DNA of 64,000 nt from NCBI RefSeq assembly GCF_009914755.1, contig NC_060929.1, one strand, 5' to 3'. Below the pieces are notes generated by a model. The model saw nothing but the letters and a program-made list of their open reading frames with translations, did not search any database and was not told the DNA's origin. Numbering within the stretch: position 1 is the first letter of the stretch; each line of letters begins with the position of its first letter. Made by a program: the position numbers and the translations under genes. The DNA comes from the human T2T-CHM13v2.0 reference genome, Homo sapiens. Shown one piece after another: positions 13,589 to 34,866 of the stretch.

Positions 13589-16560
13589 TCTAATGACTCT
13601 TAAATTCCCTGAATGCATCTGTGTCATTACCCCCATTCCCACCCCCACTACTGGGATGTCTAGCAAAATTCCTTGCACATCGTTTTTGAATAAATCATAC
13701 ATTATTGGATTTTTTGTTTTCAAACATTTTAATTAATCATTAGAATGACATCTTAGCTGGAAGTGAAACCTTCCATCTGTGCTCCTCTGTACTGCTACCT
13801 CCCTACTCTGGCCCTCTACTTCCCGCTGGCCTGTTAGTCAGGAACTACAGCGTTAATTGAAATTGAGTGATCTGCTAAGGTTAATCTGACTTTTCTGGTT
13901 TTCTAAGGTTATCAGTGACAGGGGTTAGGCTTGGACTGCTAAGATTATTCTCTGCCACAGGAGATAACCTGGTATGAAATTGGACTGGTGTGTTTTCTTA
14001 CATGTGTCTTCCTATTTCTCTGATTCAATTCCTTTCCCTTTTTAAAACCCACTGACTCTTAAAAAAACCTACAATCTTTCTGTCGTGTAGCTAGTTTGGT
14101 TTTTTTTTTCTTTTAGCTGTGCTGTTAACAGTTCTGTAGTAGCTGTGACTACCCTTTGGGGACTGGGGAAGAAATGGGAAATGTTGAACATTTGGAAGCT
14201 GCAGCTAATATGGGATTGTTCTTTGGGGGCGGGTCTCTTAGTCACAGTACTGTGACTGTATTGATACATGTAATCTGAAGAGAATCTTAGAATATTTCCA
14301 CCAGAAAGGTTTTTGGAGATAAACTAGTTTTCATTTTTATAAATGTGGAAACTTGAGTCCCAGATCACCATAAGTGACTTATCTAGATTCATACAACTTG
14401 TCAATGGCAGCCAGGAACCTGACATGCTTAGCATAGAAATCAGACTATCAAGAACTATGACAGTAAAGGAGGAATTCTCTGTTATTTTGGAACCGTATAC
14501 CGCTTTTTACAGCCCAGTCAAGATGTAGGAAATTGCTTCTTACTTCGGAGAAAGGCACCAGCGAGCAGTGTTACAGAGCTTGATTAGAATGATCCCTGGT
14601 AAGAAGTGCTATGTTACTACAAGTTCACCAAACCTAAAATTGTGGGAGGAAAGTATTCTTGTTTCTTAGTTAAGTATTGGTGTAAAGAGTTCCTTTTAAC
14701 ATCTGAAATCAAGAGGCAATTGAAGATTTCAAAGGACCCATCAGGAATTTTGGAGTTCAGGGCAGGCAAAGAAAATCTTTAGAAAAGATTTTAAATGGCC
14801 TAATTCTTTATATGCTTTGCCACATTTTTCTTCTGCTAGTTCATCTTTACACGTCACTATATAGGCTTCTGGAGAATAGCATGTGTAAATTTAAGTAATA
14901 AAGATGAACCATGTGGCAATACAGTTGTTCTTTAGGTACAATTATGTGATTGATTATGGGGGTGGGATGGAATAGGGGCATTTGTGACCTAATAGTTCCC
15001 TTTTCCCTGAGGACTAGGACGATAATGTTTCTGTATATGGATTTGTTAGGGCTTAATAGTTTTCCAAGTGCTTCAAGACATGTTAGCTAATTGGATCTTC
15101 ACAGGAACTCTATGAGGTAAGCAGGGTAGAAAGGTGGCAGATTATTGGTTTATAGGTGAAGAATCTGAGGTTGGATTATTTGCCAAGATCACATGGTTAA
15201 TAAGGAGCATAGCCTGGGCCAAAGCCCGAATCCCTTCACTCCCAGCTCTCTAAGTGCTGCTGACAGATGTTTGCTGATTATGGTGTGAAGTTGTATACTT
15301 TAGTATTTCTTTCTGAGACATACAAACCCCTGTAGTAAAATTCTTTCCACTACTACCAAAGAAGCTCAAAAAACTTAAAATAGGCACTTATTGCTTCCAA
15401 AAGTACCACAGAAAGCCAGGAATCTGTATTCATTGCCTAGCCACTTGATTCTTATGACAAAGATTTTGAAACTCTGGGGAAAGGCTATGTGTCAACTTGT
15501 TTTATGTGTCATGATTGTTAAAATGCTAGAGAAAACAGCAAAGAGCCAGTTAAATCTGTGTCTGCTCAAATAAGACAAGGGGCAAGAGTGTGGAAAATCC
15601 AGAACAAGATTCCCTGAGAGATCATCTAGACCCCGTTCTTTCTAGTCAGAAGTATAGTTGTGATTAATATGACATTAATCTTTTGCAAAGTTTAATTCTT
15701 GGATTCAGCCATCTGCTTTAATTTTAACACATCTGTTTTGTAACCTAAAATAATTTTAAGGTGTTTGTTTATTTGTTTGTTTGTTTTGAGATTACGATTC
15801 TTAAGAATAGATACAAGTTTTAAACCTTGGATAAAACTAATTTTTATTCTTCTGGTTCAGTTGTAGAACAAATACAGGTTAAGTTGTCTTCCAGCTCTTT
15901 TAGATAAAGCAATATTAGTGGTTTTATAGTGCTAAGTGAAAAGAGACATTAGAATTTCACCATATTAAACTATCTCCCAAGAGTAATATGAGTGAGGGAA
16001 GTGTTCCTTTTAAAAGTCATGCTTCTAGGCTGAGCATGGTAGTTCATGCCTGTAATTCCAGCACTTTGGAGGCCAAAGCAGGAGAATTGCTTGAGCCTAT
16101 GAGTTTGAGGTTATAGTGCACTATGATATCATTACCCACTACAATAAAACACGAAGTTCAGATGGTCATTCACTAGGGTGTGTGATATTTTGGAGTATAG
16201 ACCTTAAGTGATTATGACATATCAAAATAATGTGGTCTTATGTTTCTTTTTTTTTTATTGCAGATTTCATTGAATATACTTCTATTAACAGCCTGCTATA
16301 TATCAGGCATTCTGATAGGTGTTGGAGATACAAAAAATGAATAAAGCAAAAATAGTTCCTGCCCTCACAAACAAGTAAATAAGTGATTCATCTATAGTGT
16401 GATTAGTACTGATAGAAATATGCCATTTTGTGTGTACATTATTACTACCTTCCTTTTGAAGATTAGGCTTTTTTGTTAGACTCTTGAAGTTATGGACCTT
16501 TTGGATGGAAAATACATGTCATATATGCCATCTCTCCTCCTCTATGACCAATATCCGTGA

Positions 16561-18665
<2,105 letters not shown>

Positions 18666-19739
18666 ATTTTAGTAAAAGTAGTATCTCCTAACAGAGTATC
18701 TGACAAGACTTCTTGGAGAGTGAAGTTTAAATGGTGAGAGGAAGATGACCAGTCGGTTGCCCTGAGGGCAAGGAGGCATTCTAGCCATGTAGGCAGCATG
18801 GAAGAAGTCCCTGACTGGAAACAAAGCTGTCAGGTGAAGGGCATTTAAAACAGGCAGAGGGAGGATGATGAAGAAGATAAGGGAGGAGGGGTAATCTGGG
18901 GCACCTTATTAAAGACCTGGAAACAGAGGTAAGGTAAGGATCTTGGAATTAATTTCTAGGACACTTGGAAACTACTATAGGACTTAATCTCCTAAGAGCA
19001 GTAATAGGAGTTAGTGATTAGTGATAGATTAGAGGGAGCATAGTACTGAAAATGAGAGGTAGCATGGATAAGATTGCATCAGTCTAGGAGGGTGAGCAAT
19101 GATTAAGGAACAGATGATATGCAGAACACACAGCAAGAAGAATTGATGTTATATTGCAATATATCCCTTGTGCTGAATAAAGGGCAGATGAGTTGAAAGG
19201 AAAGGACTTAACATTTGCAAAGTCTGAGTATAGCTTTTAAATCTCTTCAGTTTTATTTAATCAGGCTAACGCTGTTCAAGAATACAGTGTAGAGGACTGT
19301 AGAGCCTATCAAGGTAATATCAAAGAGAGCATCCAACTCAGGCTGCATATAGTTTTTGCCACTAATATCCTAAAAGTAATTGAGTTTAAGGTATAAGTCA
19401 CTTCCATTACATGTTTACCTGCAATGGGAATTTGCTTAAGCTATAACTAAGTACTTTGCCTTCTTAGTACTGAGCTGTAGTGTGTTAGCCAGGACCCTCT
19501 CAGAATTCTTGGAACGGAATGAGAAGGAAAAGCAGTACACAAAGAATATGACGTCATCTCTTTAAGGGATGAGGTGTTTTATTTCTTGAAATGCAGCTGC
19601 TCTTTTTTACTTTTTCTTTGCTCTTACTTTTGGCCTATTTTTTCTGTCCTGGCATTTGCCTTCTCTTTTTCACCCTTAGGATTCTAAGTGCCATTTCAGT
19701 ATTCAGAATCTCTTAACTACAGTTTGCAATTTAGGACTT

Positions 19740-20040
19740 AAAAAGAGGTAAGCAAGGGATAAATAGGCACAGCACAGAGGCAGTGAAATTATTCTGTATG
19801 ATACTATAAAGGTGGATACATGTCATGATACATATGCCAAATTCATAGAAGGTACAATACCAAGAGTCAACCCTAATGTAAACTAGGGACTTTGGGTGAT
19901 AATGGTGTGTCAAGATAGGTTCATCAATTGTAACAAGTGTACCTGGTGCAGGGCATTGATAGCGCGGAGGCTGTGTGGGGTTAAGAATTGTACGGGAAAT
20001 CTCTGTACCTTCCACTCAATTTTGCTGTGAACCTAAAAAA
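19740..20040 (+). mobile_element. L1MC-type 3'UTR fragment
   Basis: ccctaatgtaaactagggactttgggtgataatg...gaaatctctgtaccttccactcaattttgctgtgaacctaaaa. Confidence 0.85.
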
Positions 20041-20220
20041 GGTTGGGGAGGAGAGGATGCAAACTTTAGGTGTTAAAAGTTAAAACCACTCTTGAAATAA
20101 TGGACCAATTAATGACAAAAAAATTATAATTTATGAATGAGGATTAGTCATATAGGTGTACAATTAAGGTAAAATTTTGCCATTCATTTTTGTCATGCAT
20201 AGTCTATTGGCCAATGTTAG

Positions 20221-21616
<1,396 letters not shown>

Positions 21617-21929
21617 ATAAATTTATTTTTATAAGCCCATTGTTTGAAATTATTTTGGGATTATATATGGGTTGTGTGTTTATTTTTTAAATTATAGCTG
21701 ATACTGAGAGTTGCCTATAACTTCGCTCTAAGTATATGGTAAGTGCTTTCTTTATATGCTCTTTGGTTGCAGTTTTATTAAGAGTAATAACATTGCTTTT
21801 AAGTGTACATGCTGTTTTGGGTTTCCATTAAGAACAATTTCTTAATTAAAAATAAGTAGAGCTTCTTTTCCTTCTATTACTCAGATTTTTTCCTTTTTAA
21901 TCTTTACAGGTGCTTCTTTCCCCATTCTC

Positions 21930-22396
21930 TTTAAGTATTGATGTTCTTCAGGGCTTGATCCTACCCCTGCAGTACTTCTCACATAGTATTCTCTTTCTGG
22001 GTAAACTAAATGCTTCTCTTTAGCCCACATTGGCTACAGACATGTACTGTTCGTATATGTCATGGATTACTGCATATCTCCATTTGGATATCTCATAAAC
22101 ACTCAAATTCAGCATGTCCAAAATTGAACCCATCACCCCTTCCTCAAGTTTACTTCAGTATTTCTCATTCACTCTATTGCTCCAGTCAGAAACTTGGTTG
22201 TCTTCCTTGACTCCTTATTCTTTCTTGACCTTATAGCCTTATTACCATGGTCTCTTAATTTAATGACTCAAGTAACTCTTCCTGCACTTTTTCTGTACCT
22301 ACCGCTATAACTTTTGGTCATGCTAGCATTATGTCTTGCCTGTGCTGTTGCAACAAATTCCTAATAGGCCTCTCTACCTAGGAGAGTAATTTGGTT

Positions 22397-22428
<32 letters not shown>

Positions 22429-22910
22429 AAAACCCAAAACAATAATTTGGTTAATTACTGTTTCAGAGTAACCTTTCAGGCATGTAGGTTTGACCCTCTG
22501 ATCACAGGCTTAAAACTTTGAAAGTGTTCTCTACTTCTGTTGCCCTTTTTATGAAGCCCAAGTCTAACATGGCTTATGGTGGACCCTGAACAAACTAACC
22601 TGCCTCTTCAGTCTTATTCTTGCTGCTTATTTGAGGCACACTATACTCCAGACAAGCTGAACTTTCTTGGAACACTCCACTTCTAACTAACCTAGCTAAC
22701 TGCTGTATCTCCTTTTGATTCCTAGCCTAAGATGGGTCCCCTGCTTTATGAGTGGCGAGTCCCCTTTGTTTGCTCTGTCAAAAAACTCATTGTATTGTAT
22801 TATATGTTTGTGTCTGGTCAGACTCAAGTTCCTTTATATTCCCCACTGCCTAGCACAGGCACTCTGCACACTTTATAAATTATCTGTTTGCTGAATCAGT
22901 GACTAAATGA
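21930..22910 (+). mobile_element. L2 fragment containing (CAA)n at about 22397-22428
   Basis: ctcaaattcagcatgtccaaaattgaac, cctagcacaggcac...tgtttgctgaat. Confidence 0.75.
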
Positions 22911-23039
22911 ACTTCCAGCTTCTCTTTCACTGCTCTGTCTATTCAAGTTTTGACATTCTAAAAAATTGACTTGTGTTGTTCATCCTCCAGGCATCAAGAA
23001 TATGACATGACAAGGTGTGTGTCACTGTTTTTAATGTAT

Positions 23040-25700
<2,661 letters not shown>

Positions 25701-25899
25701 CCTACCTTTATGTCCTACTACTTATGTAGGCCTTTCCATGGACTATATTACCTAAAATGTTTATGTTCTTCCTTGATCTTAACACTAGTTCTTGACCTTT
25801 TAACATAGAAAACAAATTAAGCATTTGACAGCAAATATGCTGCAAGTCTTTGGTAAAGGATGAATAAGGCCTTGAAATACCTTGCAACTCTAGTCTCAA

Positions 25900-26196
25900 A
25901 GTCATCTCTTTGTTACCAGAGTTGAAGGGTGGGAAACGGTTGCCTTTTATCTGTGTACCTACACACATATATGCATATATGGTATAATGTATCAATATTT
26001 ACAGAGACCATAGTAAACACAGCACAAAACCAGGCATTAAGAGATGCATGGGAAATAGCATTTAAATGGTAAATATGGTAAAGATTGTTTTATGGTTTTT
26101 GGGTTTTTTTTTTTCATGATCATATTTTTAATGTTACTTTAAAATAGATTAGTGGAATGTGATTCAATTTAGTAAAAAAAAAAAAAAAAAAAAAAA
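25900..26196 (+). other. Probable orphan retrotransposed 3'UTR-like fragment with A23 tail
   Basis: Pure A23 at 26174-26196 not attached to an Alu or L1 end; variant signal AATAGA at 26143-26148; U-rich 3'UTR-like body; 5' boundary uncertain, no TSD found. Confidence 0.45.
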
Positions 26197-26222
26197 TCAG
26201 CTTTATTAAAACATCTGAGAAA

Positions 26223-26516
26223 GCCGGGCGCAGTGACTCATGCCTGTAATCCCAGCACTTTGGGAGGCCGAGGTGGACAGATCACATGAGGTCGGGAGTT
26301 CAAGACCAGCCTGACCAACATGGAGAAACCTCATCTCTGCTAAAAATTCAAAATTAGCCAGGCATGGTGGCGCATGCCTGTAATCCCAGCTACTCAGCAG
26401 GCTGAGGCAGGATAATCGCTTGAACCCGTGAGGTGGAGGTTGCCGTGAGCCAAGATCACGCCATTGCACTCCAGCCTGGGCAACAAGCGAAACTCCATCT
26501 CAAAAAAAAAAAAAAA
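26223..26516 (+). mobile_element. AluSp/Sq-like
   Basis: TSD atctgagaaa. Confidence 0.93.
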
Positions 26517-26574
26517 TCTGAGAAAGATGGAAAAATAAATGTATTAGAAAAGGTTTTTAAAAAGGAGAATGTTA

Positions 26575-26796
<222 letters not shown>

Positions 26797-26984
26797 TTAA
26801 AAACACATAAAATTATAGCTTTATACATTCTGAAGTAAATATTGATGAGTTGATAGGATAGCTAGAATTTGTTTCAAAATAATCCAGTTGTGATAGAAGT
26901 GGCAGTGGGATTGGCCATATATTGAAAATTAGTGAAGCTGAATGTAGGGGGTTATCATCTATTGTGTAAGTTTGCAATTTTTCA

Positions 26985-27329
<345 letters not shown>

Positions 27330-28279
27330 TCAAAATGCCTCTGCACAGAATCTCATTTACAGTAGCCACCTAAAGAATAAAATACCTAGGAATACAGCTA
27401 ACCAAGGAAGCGAAAGAGCTCTACAGTGAGAATTACAAAACATTGCTGAAATAAATCTGAGATGATACAAACAGAAAAACATTCCATGATCATGGATAAG
27501 AAGAATCAGTGTTGTTAAAATGGCCGTACTGCCCAAAGCAATTTACAGATTCAATGCTATTTCTATCAAACTACCAATGATATTCTTCACAGAATTAGGA
27601 AAATCTATTCTAAAATTCATATGAACCAAAAAAGAACCTAATAGCCGAAACAATCCTAAGCAAAAATAACAAAACCAGAGGTATTATACTACCCCCATTT
27701 CAAGCTGTACTGCAAAGCTGCAGTAACCAAAACAGCGCGGTACCGATATAAAAACAGACACATAGACCAGTGGAACAAGATTGAGAACCCAGAAATAAAG
27801 CCACACACCTACAACCATCTGATCTTCAGCAAAGTCGATAATAGCAAGCAACGGGGAAAGGACTCCTTATTCAGTAAATGGTGCTGGGGAAACTGGGTAG
27901 CCACATGTAGAAGATTGAAACTGGACCCCTTCCTTTCACCATAAACAAAAATTAACTCAAAATGGATTAAAGACTTAAATGTAAGACCTCAAACTATAAA
28001 ACCACTGGAAGAAAACCTAGCAAGTACCATTCTGGGCATTGGCCTTATCAAAGAATGTATGACCAAGTCCCCAAAACAATTACAACAAAAAGAAAAAAAA
28101 TGACAAATAGGAGCTAATTAAAGAGCTTCTGCACAGCAAAAGAAACAGAGTAAACAGACAACCTACAGAATGGGAGAAAATATTCACAAACTGTGCATAT
28201 GACAAAGGTCTCATTTCCAGAATCTATAAGAAACAATTCAAGCAAAAAGCAAACAGTCCCATTAAAAAATGGGCAAAGG

Positions 28280-28715
28280 GACACACTTGCTTTCTTAAGT
28301 CGCCTGCTTGTTCCTCTTCCAAGTTGTACTTTCTTTTCTTTCCTTTCCTTACTGTTGTAAAGCTTTTCTTTTCTTTTCTTTTCTTTTTTTGAGACAGAGT
28401 CTCGCTCTGTCACCCAGGCTCGAGTGCAGTGGCGTGATCTCGGCTCACTGAAACCTCCACCTCCTGGGTCAAGTGGTTCTCCTGCCTCAGCCTCCTGAGT
28501 AGCTGGGATCATAGGTGCCCGCCACTATGCCCGGCTAATTTTTGTATTTATAGTAGAGATGGGGTTTCGCCATGTTGGCCAGGCTGGTCTCGAACTCCTG
28601 ACCTCAGGTGATCCACCTGCCTCGGCCTCCAAAAGTGCTGGGATTACAGGCATGAGCCACCATGCCCAACTGTAAAGCTTTTCAATAAACTTTCATTCCT
28701 GCTCTGAAAGAAAAA
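28280..28715 (+). mobile_element. Polyadenylated ERV1-type (MER4-group-like) LTR fragment inserted in the L1 and itself split by an Alu
   Basis: LTR-like ...aagctt..aataaactttcattcctgctctgaaa then an A-tail; flanked by duplicated L1 target aaaaaatggg(c/t)aaagg at 28264-28279 and 28716-28731. Confidence 0.7.
28369..28670 (-). mobile_element. AluS inside the LTR fragment
   Basis: Full antisense Alu; 13-bp TSD tgtaaagcttttc at 28356-28368 and 28671-28683. Confidence 0.95.
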
Positions 28716-29599
28716 AAAAAATGGGTAAAGGACATGAACAGATACTTCTCAAAAGAAGACATACATGTGGCCAACAGGTATATGAAAAAATGCTCAACAT
28801 CACTAATCATTTGAGAAATGTAAGTCAAAACTGCAACAAGACACCATCTCACACCAGTCACGATGGCTATTATTAAAAAGTCAAAAAAATAACAGATGTT
28901 GGCCAGGTTGCAGAGAAAAGGGAACACTCACACACTGTTGGTGGAAATGTAAATTAGTTCAGCCACTGTGGAAAGCAGTGTGGAGATTTCTCAAATAACT
29001 TAAAGCTATTCAACCCAACAATCCCACTACCGGGTATGTACACAATGGAAAATAAATTATTCTACAGAAAATAGACCTGTACTCATATGTTCATTGCAGT
29101 ACAGTTTATAATAGCAAAGACATGTAATCAACCTGGATGTCCATCAGTGGTGAACTGGTTAAGCTGGAGCTAAACATTGGGTAAATACCGGACACAAAGA
29201 TGGCAACAATAGACCCTGGGATTACTAGAGGAAGGAGGGTGGGAAGGTTGAAAAACTAGCTGTTGGGTACTCTGCTCACTACCTGGGTGATGGGATCATT
29301 TGTATACCAAACCTCGGTGACATGCAATTTACTCATGTAACAAACCTGCATATGAACCCCAAACCTTAAATAAAAGTTAAAAAAAAATGCCTCTGCAGAC
29401 CAAATATTTCTCTTGGTTTCTGATCTACTTTTTAGGTACTATCCCATGTATTTCCTGCCAGTATCTTAAACTTACCAAAAACAGAATCCATTGCCTTTAT
29501 CCCCATATTTCTGTATTTGTATTCTGTCTGTTGGTTAGTGGAGACACCATATATCTGGTTTCTCAAATAGAAATCTTATTGATAATGCCAGCTTCCCTC

Positions 29600-30900
29600 A
29601 TTCCTTGAGGATGTTTGCTCCTGGCCCACCCACACTCTCAGCAAAATGACCTTGCTTGTCATTTCACCACCAAGAAATATAAACAACCAGTAAAGAACTA
29701 CAAGTCAGCCACATCTACCCAACTACCAGCATCTGTGCCTATATGACTGCCTTCCTTCCTTTGCTGTGGACACATTTTTTCTGTTCCTGTTTTGTGCCTC
29801 TTTCCTCCACTTGTACTCTGGATCTTGTCTCCTTTCACCTGCCCAGTCACAACTTCAGTGGTCTCTCTGTGCTGCATCAACAGTTATTTTCTTTACTGAG
29901 TCATTTCCATCAATATGGAAATGCTGTTATTTCTCCCATCCGAAAAAAAAAAAATCCTCTTAGGCTAGGTGTGGTGGCTCACACCTATAATCCCAGCACT
30001 TTGGGAGGCTGAGGCAGGCAGATCGCTTGAGCCCAGGAGTTTGAGACCAGCCTGGGCAACATGGTGAAACTCCCTCTTTACAAAAAATACCAAAGGTTAG
30101 CAGGGCATGGTAGCACATGCCTGTGGTCCTACCTACTCAGGAGGCTGAGGTAGGAAGATTGCTTGAGCCGGGGAGGCGGAGATTGCAGTGAGCCGAGATC
30201 CAGCCACTGCCTCAAAGAAAAAACAAAAACCTCTTGACTACTCTCTTTGAGGCATTGCTCCTGTTTTACTTGATCTGTTAGCAGCATTTGACACAATTAA
30301 TTCACTCCCTTTTGTTTGAAATACCTTCACTTAGCTTCTGTGACTACTCTTCTGATTTTTCTTCTTTTTCTCTGGTAAATTCTTGATCTCCTTTGCTGGT
30401 ATCTCATTTCCCTGACCTCTATACAGAATTTTAAAGATCGGGACTTCTACCCTCATTCTCTTAGTGGTCAAATCCACTTTGATTGTCTTAAAAAATACTG
30501 TCTGTATTGGTGTTTTGCAAACTTTTTTTCATTATTGCTCTGCCTGAAAAGCCTTTTGACTACTTTATTGCCTAATCACCCCATCGCAGTGAAATTTCTC
30601 TGCATCTGTTTATGGGTTGTAGCCCTTCGGAGGGCCACAAACCATTGTAATATCTAAGATCTGCCCTTCCAAAGAGCCAGTTTTTATCACCTTGGGGATA
30701 TCACCTCTGCTGAGAATGCATGATTTAAATTGACAATCCCCAAGCTTTTTTCTTCAGCTTTGACCAACTTCAGTCTATTAGAGAGCCTACTTCATATCTC
30801 CACTGGACAGATATCTTAAACTTCATACGTACAAAACCAAACTCATAATCTGACTTTAGCCTTTCTTGCCACATGGAGCTTCAGTGATCTCATTCTTCTT
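29600..30900 (+). mobile_element. L2 fragments with an inserted Alu (29963-30229) and a hAT MITE (MER96B-like, about 30510-30722)
   Basis: L2 ttacttgatctgttagcagcatttgacaca; MITE ggagggccacaaaccattgtaatatctaagat. Confidence 0.7.
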
Positions 30901-31748
30901 TATGTACCTTTTGTTCTGGCAGCACTGAATTTGAAATATACATTTTACCCTAGTGGTAAAAGGGCTTAGAAGAGTGATCATTTATTTTCCTAACCGAAAT
31001 TGGCCAGGCTTTGAAAGTAGAAATTTCCACAACTCAGGGCCACTATCATCATAATCTTCCTGTACGTAGAGTGGAGCAGGAGTTGGGATGACAGAGTCCT
31101 GGGGGGAATAATAACATTGCACTAACTGTTGAAAAACATTCCACAAGATCCCTGTCTCGTTAGGATGTATGCATAAGAGAAGATGCTATGTACATGTAGC
31201 TGTGAAAAGTTCACAGAATAGCACTGCTGTATTGGTATGGAATTCCCTTTTGGGTAAATAAGCCAGGGAACAATTAGATAGCATCGTTCAGTGTATTCAG
31301 GAGAATACCTGGGAAAGACAGTTCTTCAGAATTTTGAACTATTGGCAACATGTTGCTTTAACAACACCACTGTAAAAGTCTTTGGTATTCTAAATAGGAA
31401 ATCTTGTATTCTTTAACACGTAAGTAAAGATACATTTGGTATATATTCTGTTATCCAAAGGAATGTAGATACGAAGAATAGCCTTTTAATTAAGGCTAAT
31501 AGGTTTTGAGATTTATTTAGTTAACTTATTTAGTAAACTTCATGAAGTGTTATTTCTAGTACTGTGTGGTTTTTTTTTTTTTTTACATTGTTACTATTTC
31601 AGCTAGAATTGTAATCATATTACATCGTGATTTTAGAATTTTGGTTTTTATGTTCTCTTTACAAGTGGTTTTGGACGGTGTTTTAACCTTCCTTTTCCCC
31701 AGCCCCAAATATGCTGAACAACATCAGGAAACTACAGTGATTTAATAC

Positions 31749-32041
<293 letters not shown>

Positions 32042-33318
32042 TGATTTAATACTTTTTAATGGTATCATAGCTACTTTATGACATTTTTCTTATTACTGTT
32101 ACGCAAATTCTGAATGAAACTTTTCTAAAAAGCTGCACAACGGGCCCTTCTAAATAATAATGCTACCTTAATTGTTAGTGTGCAGCTCAACAGATCCGAA
32201 GTTTCCCCATCACCCTATAGAAACTGAGCACTATTTTTTACATCCCTTTTCAAAACAATAGATGAGGTAAGAATTTGAAAATTCATAGTTTGTTTTCAAT
32301 ATGAATAAAATTTGTCCCGTTTTTAAGTTGTATTTTCGTAATGAAAATCTTAGCTATATCATTTTCTTTTTTCTCTCCTTGTTCCAAACTTTCAGGTTTG
32401 TGTTTAATGTCTAAGAAAGGAAATACTAGAACTTTCAATTTAGTTAAAAAACAGTAACATCTTAAGTGTGATAAACCAAACAGAAATGTCTCTATGTTTG
32501 GCAAAGTCACATTCCCCAGAGATTTACTAAACAGCAACAGCACTGTTACCAGTGTCAGCTGAGACATTATTTATGTCCTTCTCTAATGGCTTCTTGTTCC
32601 ACTAAAGCTATTGAAGAAGGTGTAATGCTACATAGTCCTCATGAAGGACTCTTTTCCTCACTGCTTAGATTAGCTAACACAACCTGAATATCAGAATTTG
32701 AGACTTTGAATTCTGCTGCTGATCTGCTGTGTGACTTCCAACAAATCAAATTGCTTTCTGTCCTCAGTTACTGGTCAGTGGCACCTAGGAATAAATTGAC
32801 ATTTACTGTTAGATTATAAATAATAACTGCTTTGAGGTAGTTGGCAAAACCAAGATATAATGTGTGACTGTTAGTGTAGTTAACATTACTGTGAATATTA
32901 CTGTGTAGTTAACTTCCATTTTCTAAATAATGCTTTTTTGTAGCATCCTTGTCCTTTTAGTCTATTTTAAAGCAGCATTTGACAATCTTTGTTTTCCCAA
33001 CTTTTCTCCATTTTGTGGTTATGATAAAATTATAATATAGACATTAAAGAGGGGAATTATTTTCATGCGCTTGAAGGAGCATCCTTTTAGAATTCTTTTA
33101 ATAAGCTGAAGAAAGGAATTGTATCTGTTTTAAAAGACCAATCTTAAAACTCTTTAGACAATGAAAGCTTATTAACATGTTTTTCTATGACTTAACTTGG
33201 AAAGATGGCAGTAAAATTTTTGAATTTGCATTCTACAGTGGCAATTGGTTTACTAAGTAAATATACAATTGATTGGAACCACTATTTTATGTACCTAATT
33301 ATTATTTAAGAAAAATGG

Positions 33319-33612
33319 GGCCGGGCACAGTGGCTTATGCCTGTAGACCCAGCACTTTGGGAGGCCGAGGTGAGCAGATCACTTGAGCCCAGGAGTTTGA
33401 GACCAGCCTGGGCAACATGGCAAAAACCTGTCTGTACAAAAAATACAAAAAATAGCCAGGTGTGGTGGCAGGCACCTCTGGTTCCAGCTACTTGGAAGGC
33501 TGAGATGGGAGGATCACTTGAGCCCAGAAGGCAGAGGTTTCAGTGAACTAAGATTGCACCATTCAACTCCAGCCTGGGCGAGAGTGAGAAAAAGAAAGAG
33601 AAAAAAAAGAAA
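33319..33612 (+). mobile_element. AluJ
   Basis: Dimer; degenerate TSD aagaa(a/ta)atgg. Confidence 0.9.
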
Positions 33613-34369
33613 GAATAATGGAAAACCTGTTATTTAATATAGGTTTTGATCAATCACCTGATATGAAGTGGCAAAGGTTTTACCATCAATGTGTTCTGAG
33701 GTAATTTATCTGGTGTGGAATGACTTGGAAGAAAGTATTTCCTTCAAGCATCTGTTTACCAACCACTTTGAGTAAACTTATGTATTTTACTCATCTTCTG
33801 GAAACAACATTGTTCTGCCAGACACTTGGTCTGAATGTGTGATTTTGCAATTCAGAGTAATATTTCTTTGTTCTTCTGAGAATGGATATTTATGCATGTT
33901 TTCCTCTTAGTCTCTGCTTGAGAGGTACAGGAGATAACTAGATTTTATTAGCATATTTTTAAAAGTCTATTAAAAATGCTTTTAAATTATTTGGTGGTAT
34001 TCTGATTGAAAATGGAAGGGGTTGCTAGAGGTTTTATCAAGAATAGACACACTATATATTTTAATTTATTGGCAGGTAAGCTAGATTTTCCTATTAGTTT
34101 TCATTACATGGCTGTATACATATGAATCACCGGTGACTACTTTTTAAAAATATGTGTACAAATTTTTAAATTATATTTTTTGTAGTAATATGTTATAAAG
34201 CATTGATTTGTTATATTTTTAAATTTATCATACTTTAAACAAAACAGATTTAAACAACTTCAATGGATTTGGAAATAGCCATTATAAACAATCTTATAAC
34301 TGAAGTTTTATTTTTACTAATAATTTAAGTTGTGTTATTCTTATACATATTTAGGTTTTGAAATTTTTA

Positions 34370-34866
<497 letters not shown>

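Larger units (their letters stand above)
27346..29383 (+). mobile_element. 5'-truncated L1 (L1PB-like), ORF2 3' part and 3'UTR, with nested insertions
   Basis: Typical ORF2 sequence (aaaatacctaggaatacagctaacc, tactgcccaaagcaatttacagattcaatgc); 14-bp TSD aaaatgcctctgca at 27332-27345 and 29384-29397. Confidence 0.93.

Noticed and set aside
27346-29383. L1 ORF2 as an active or protein-coding element
   Set aside because: 5'-truncated, interrupted by nested insertions and has no long ORF
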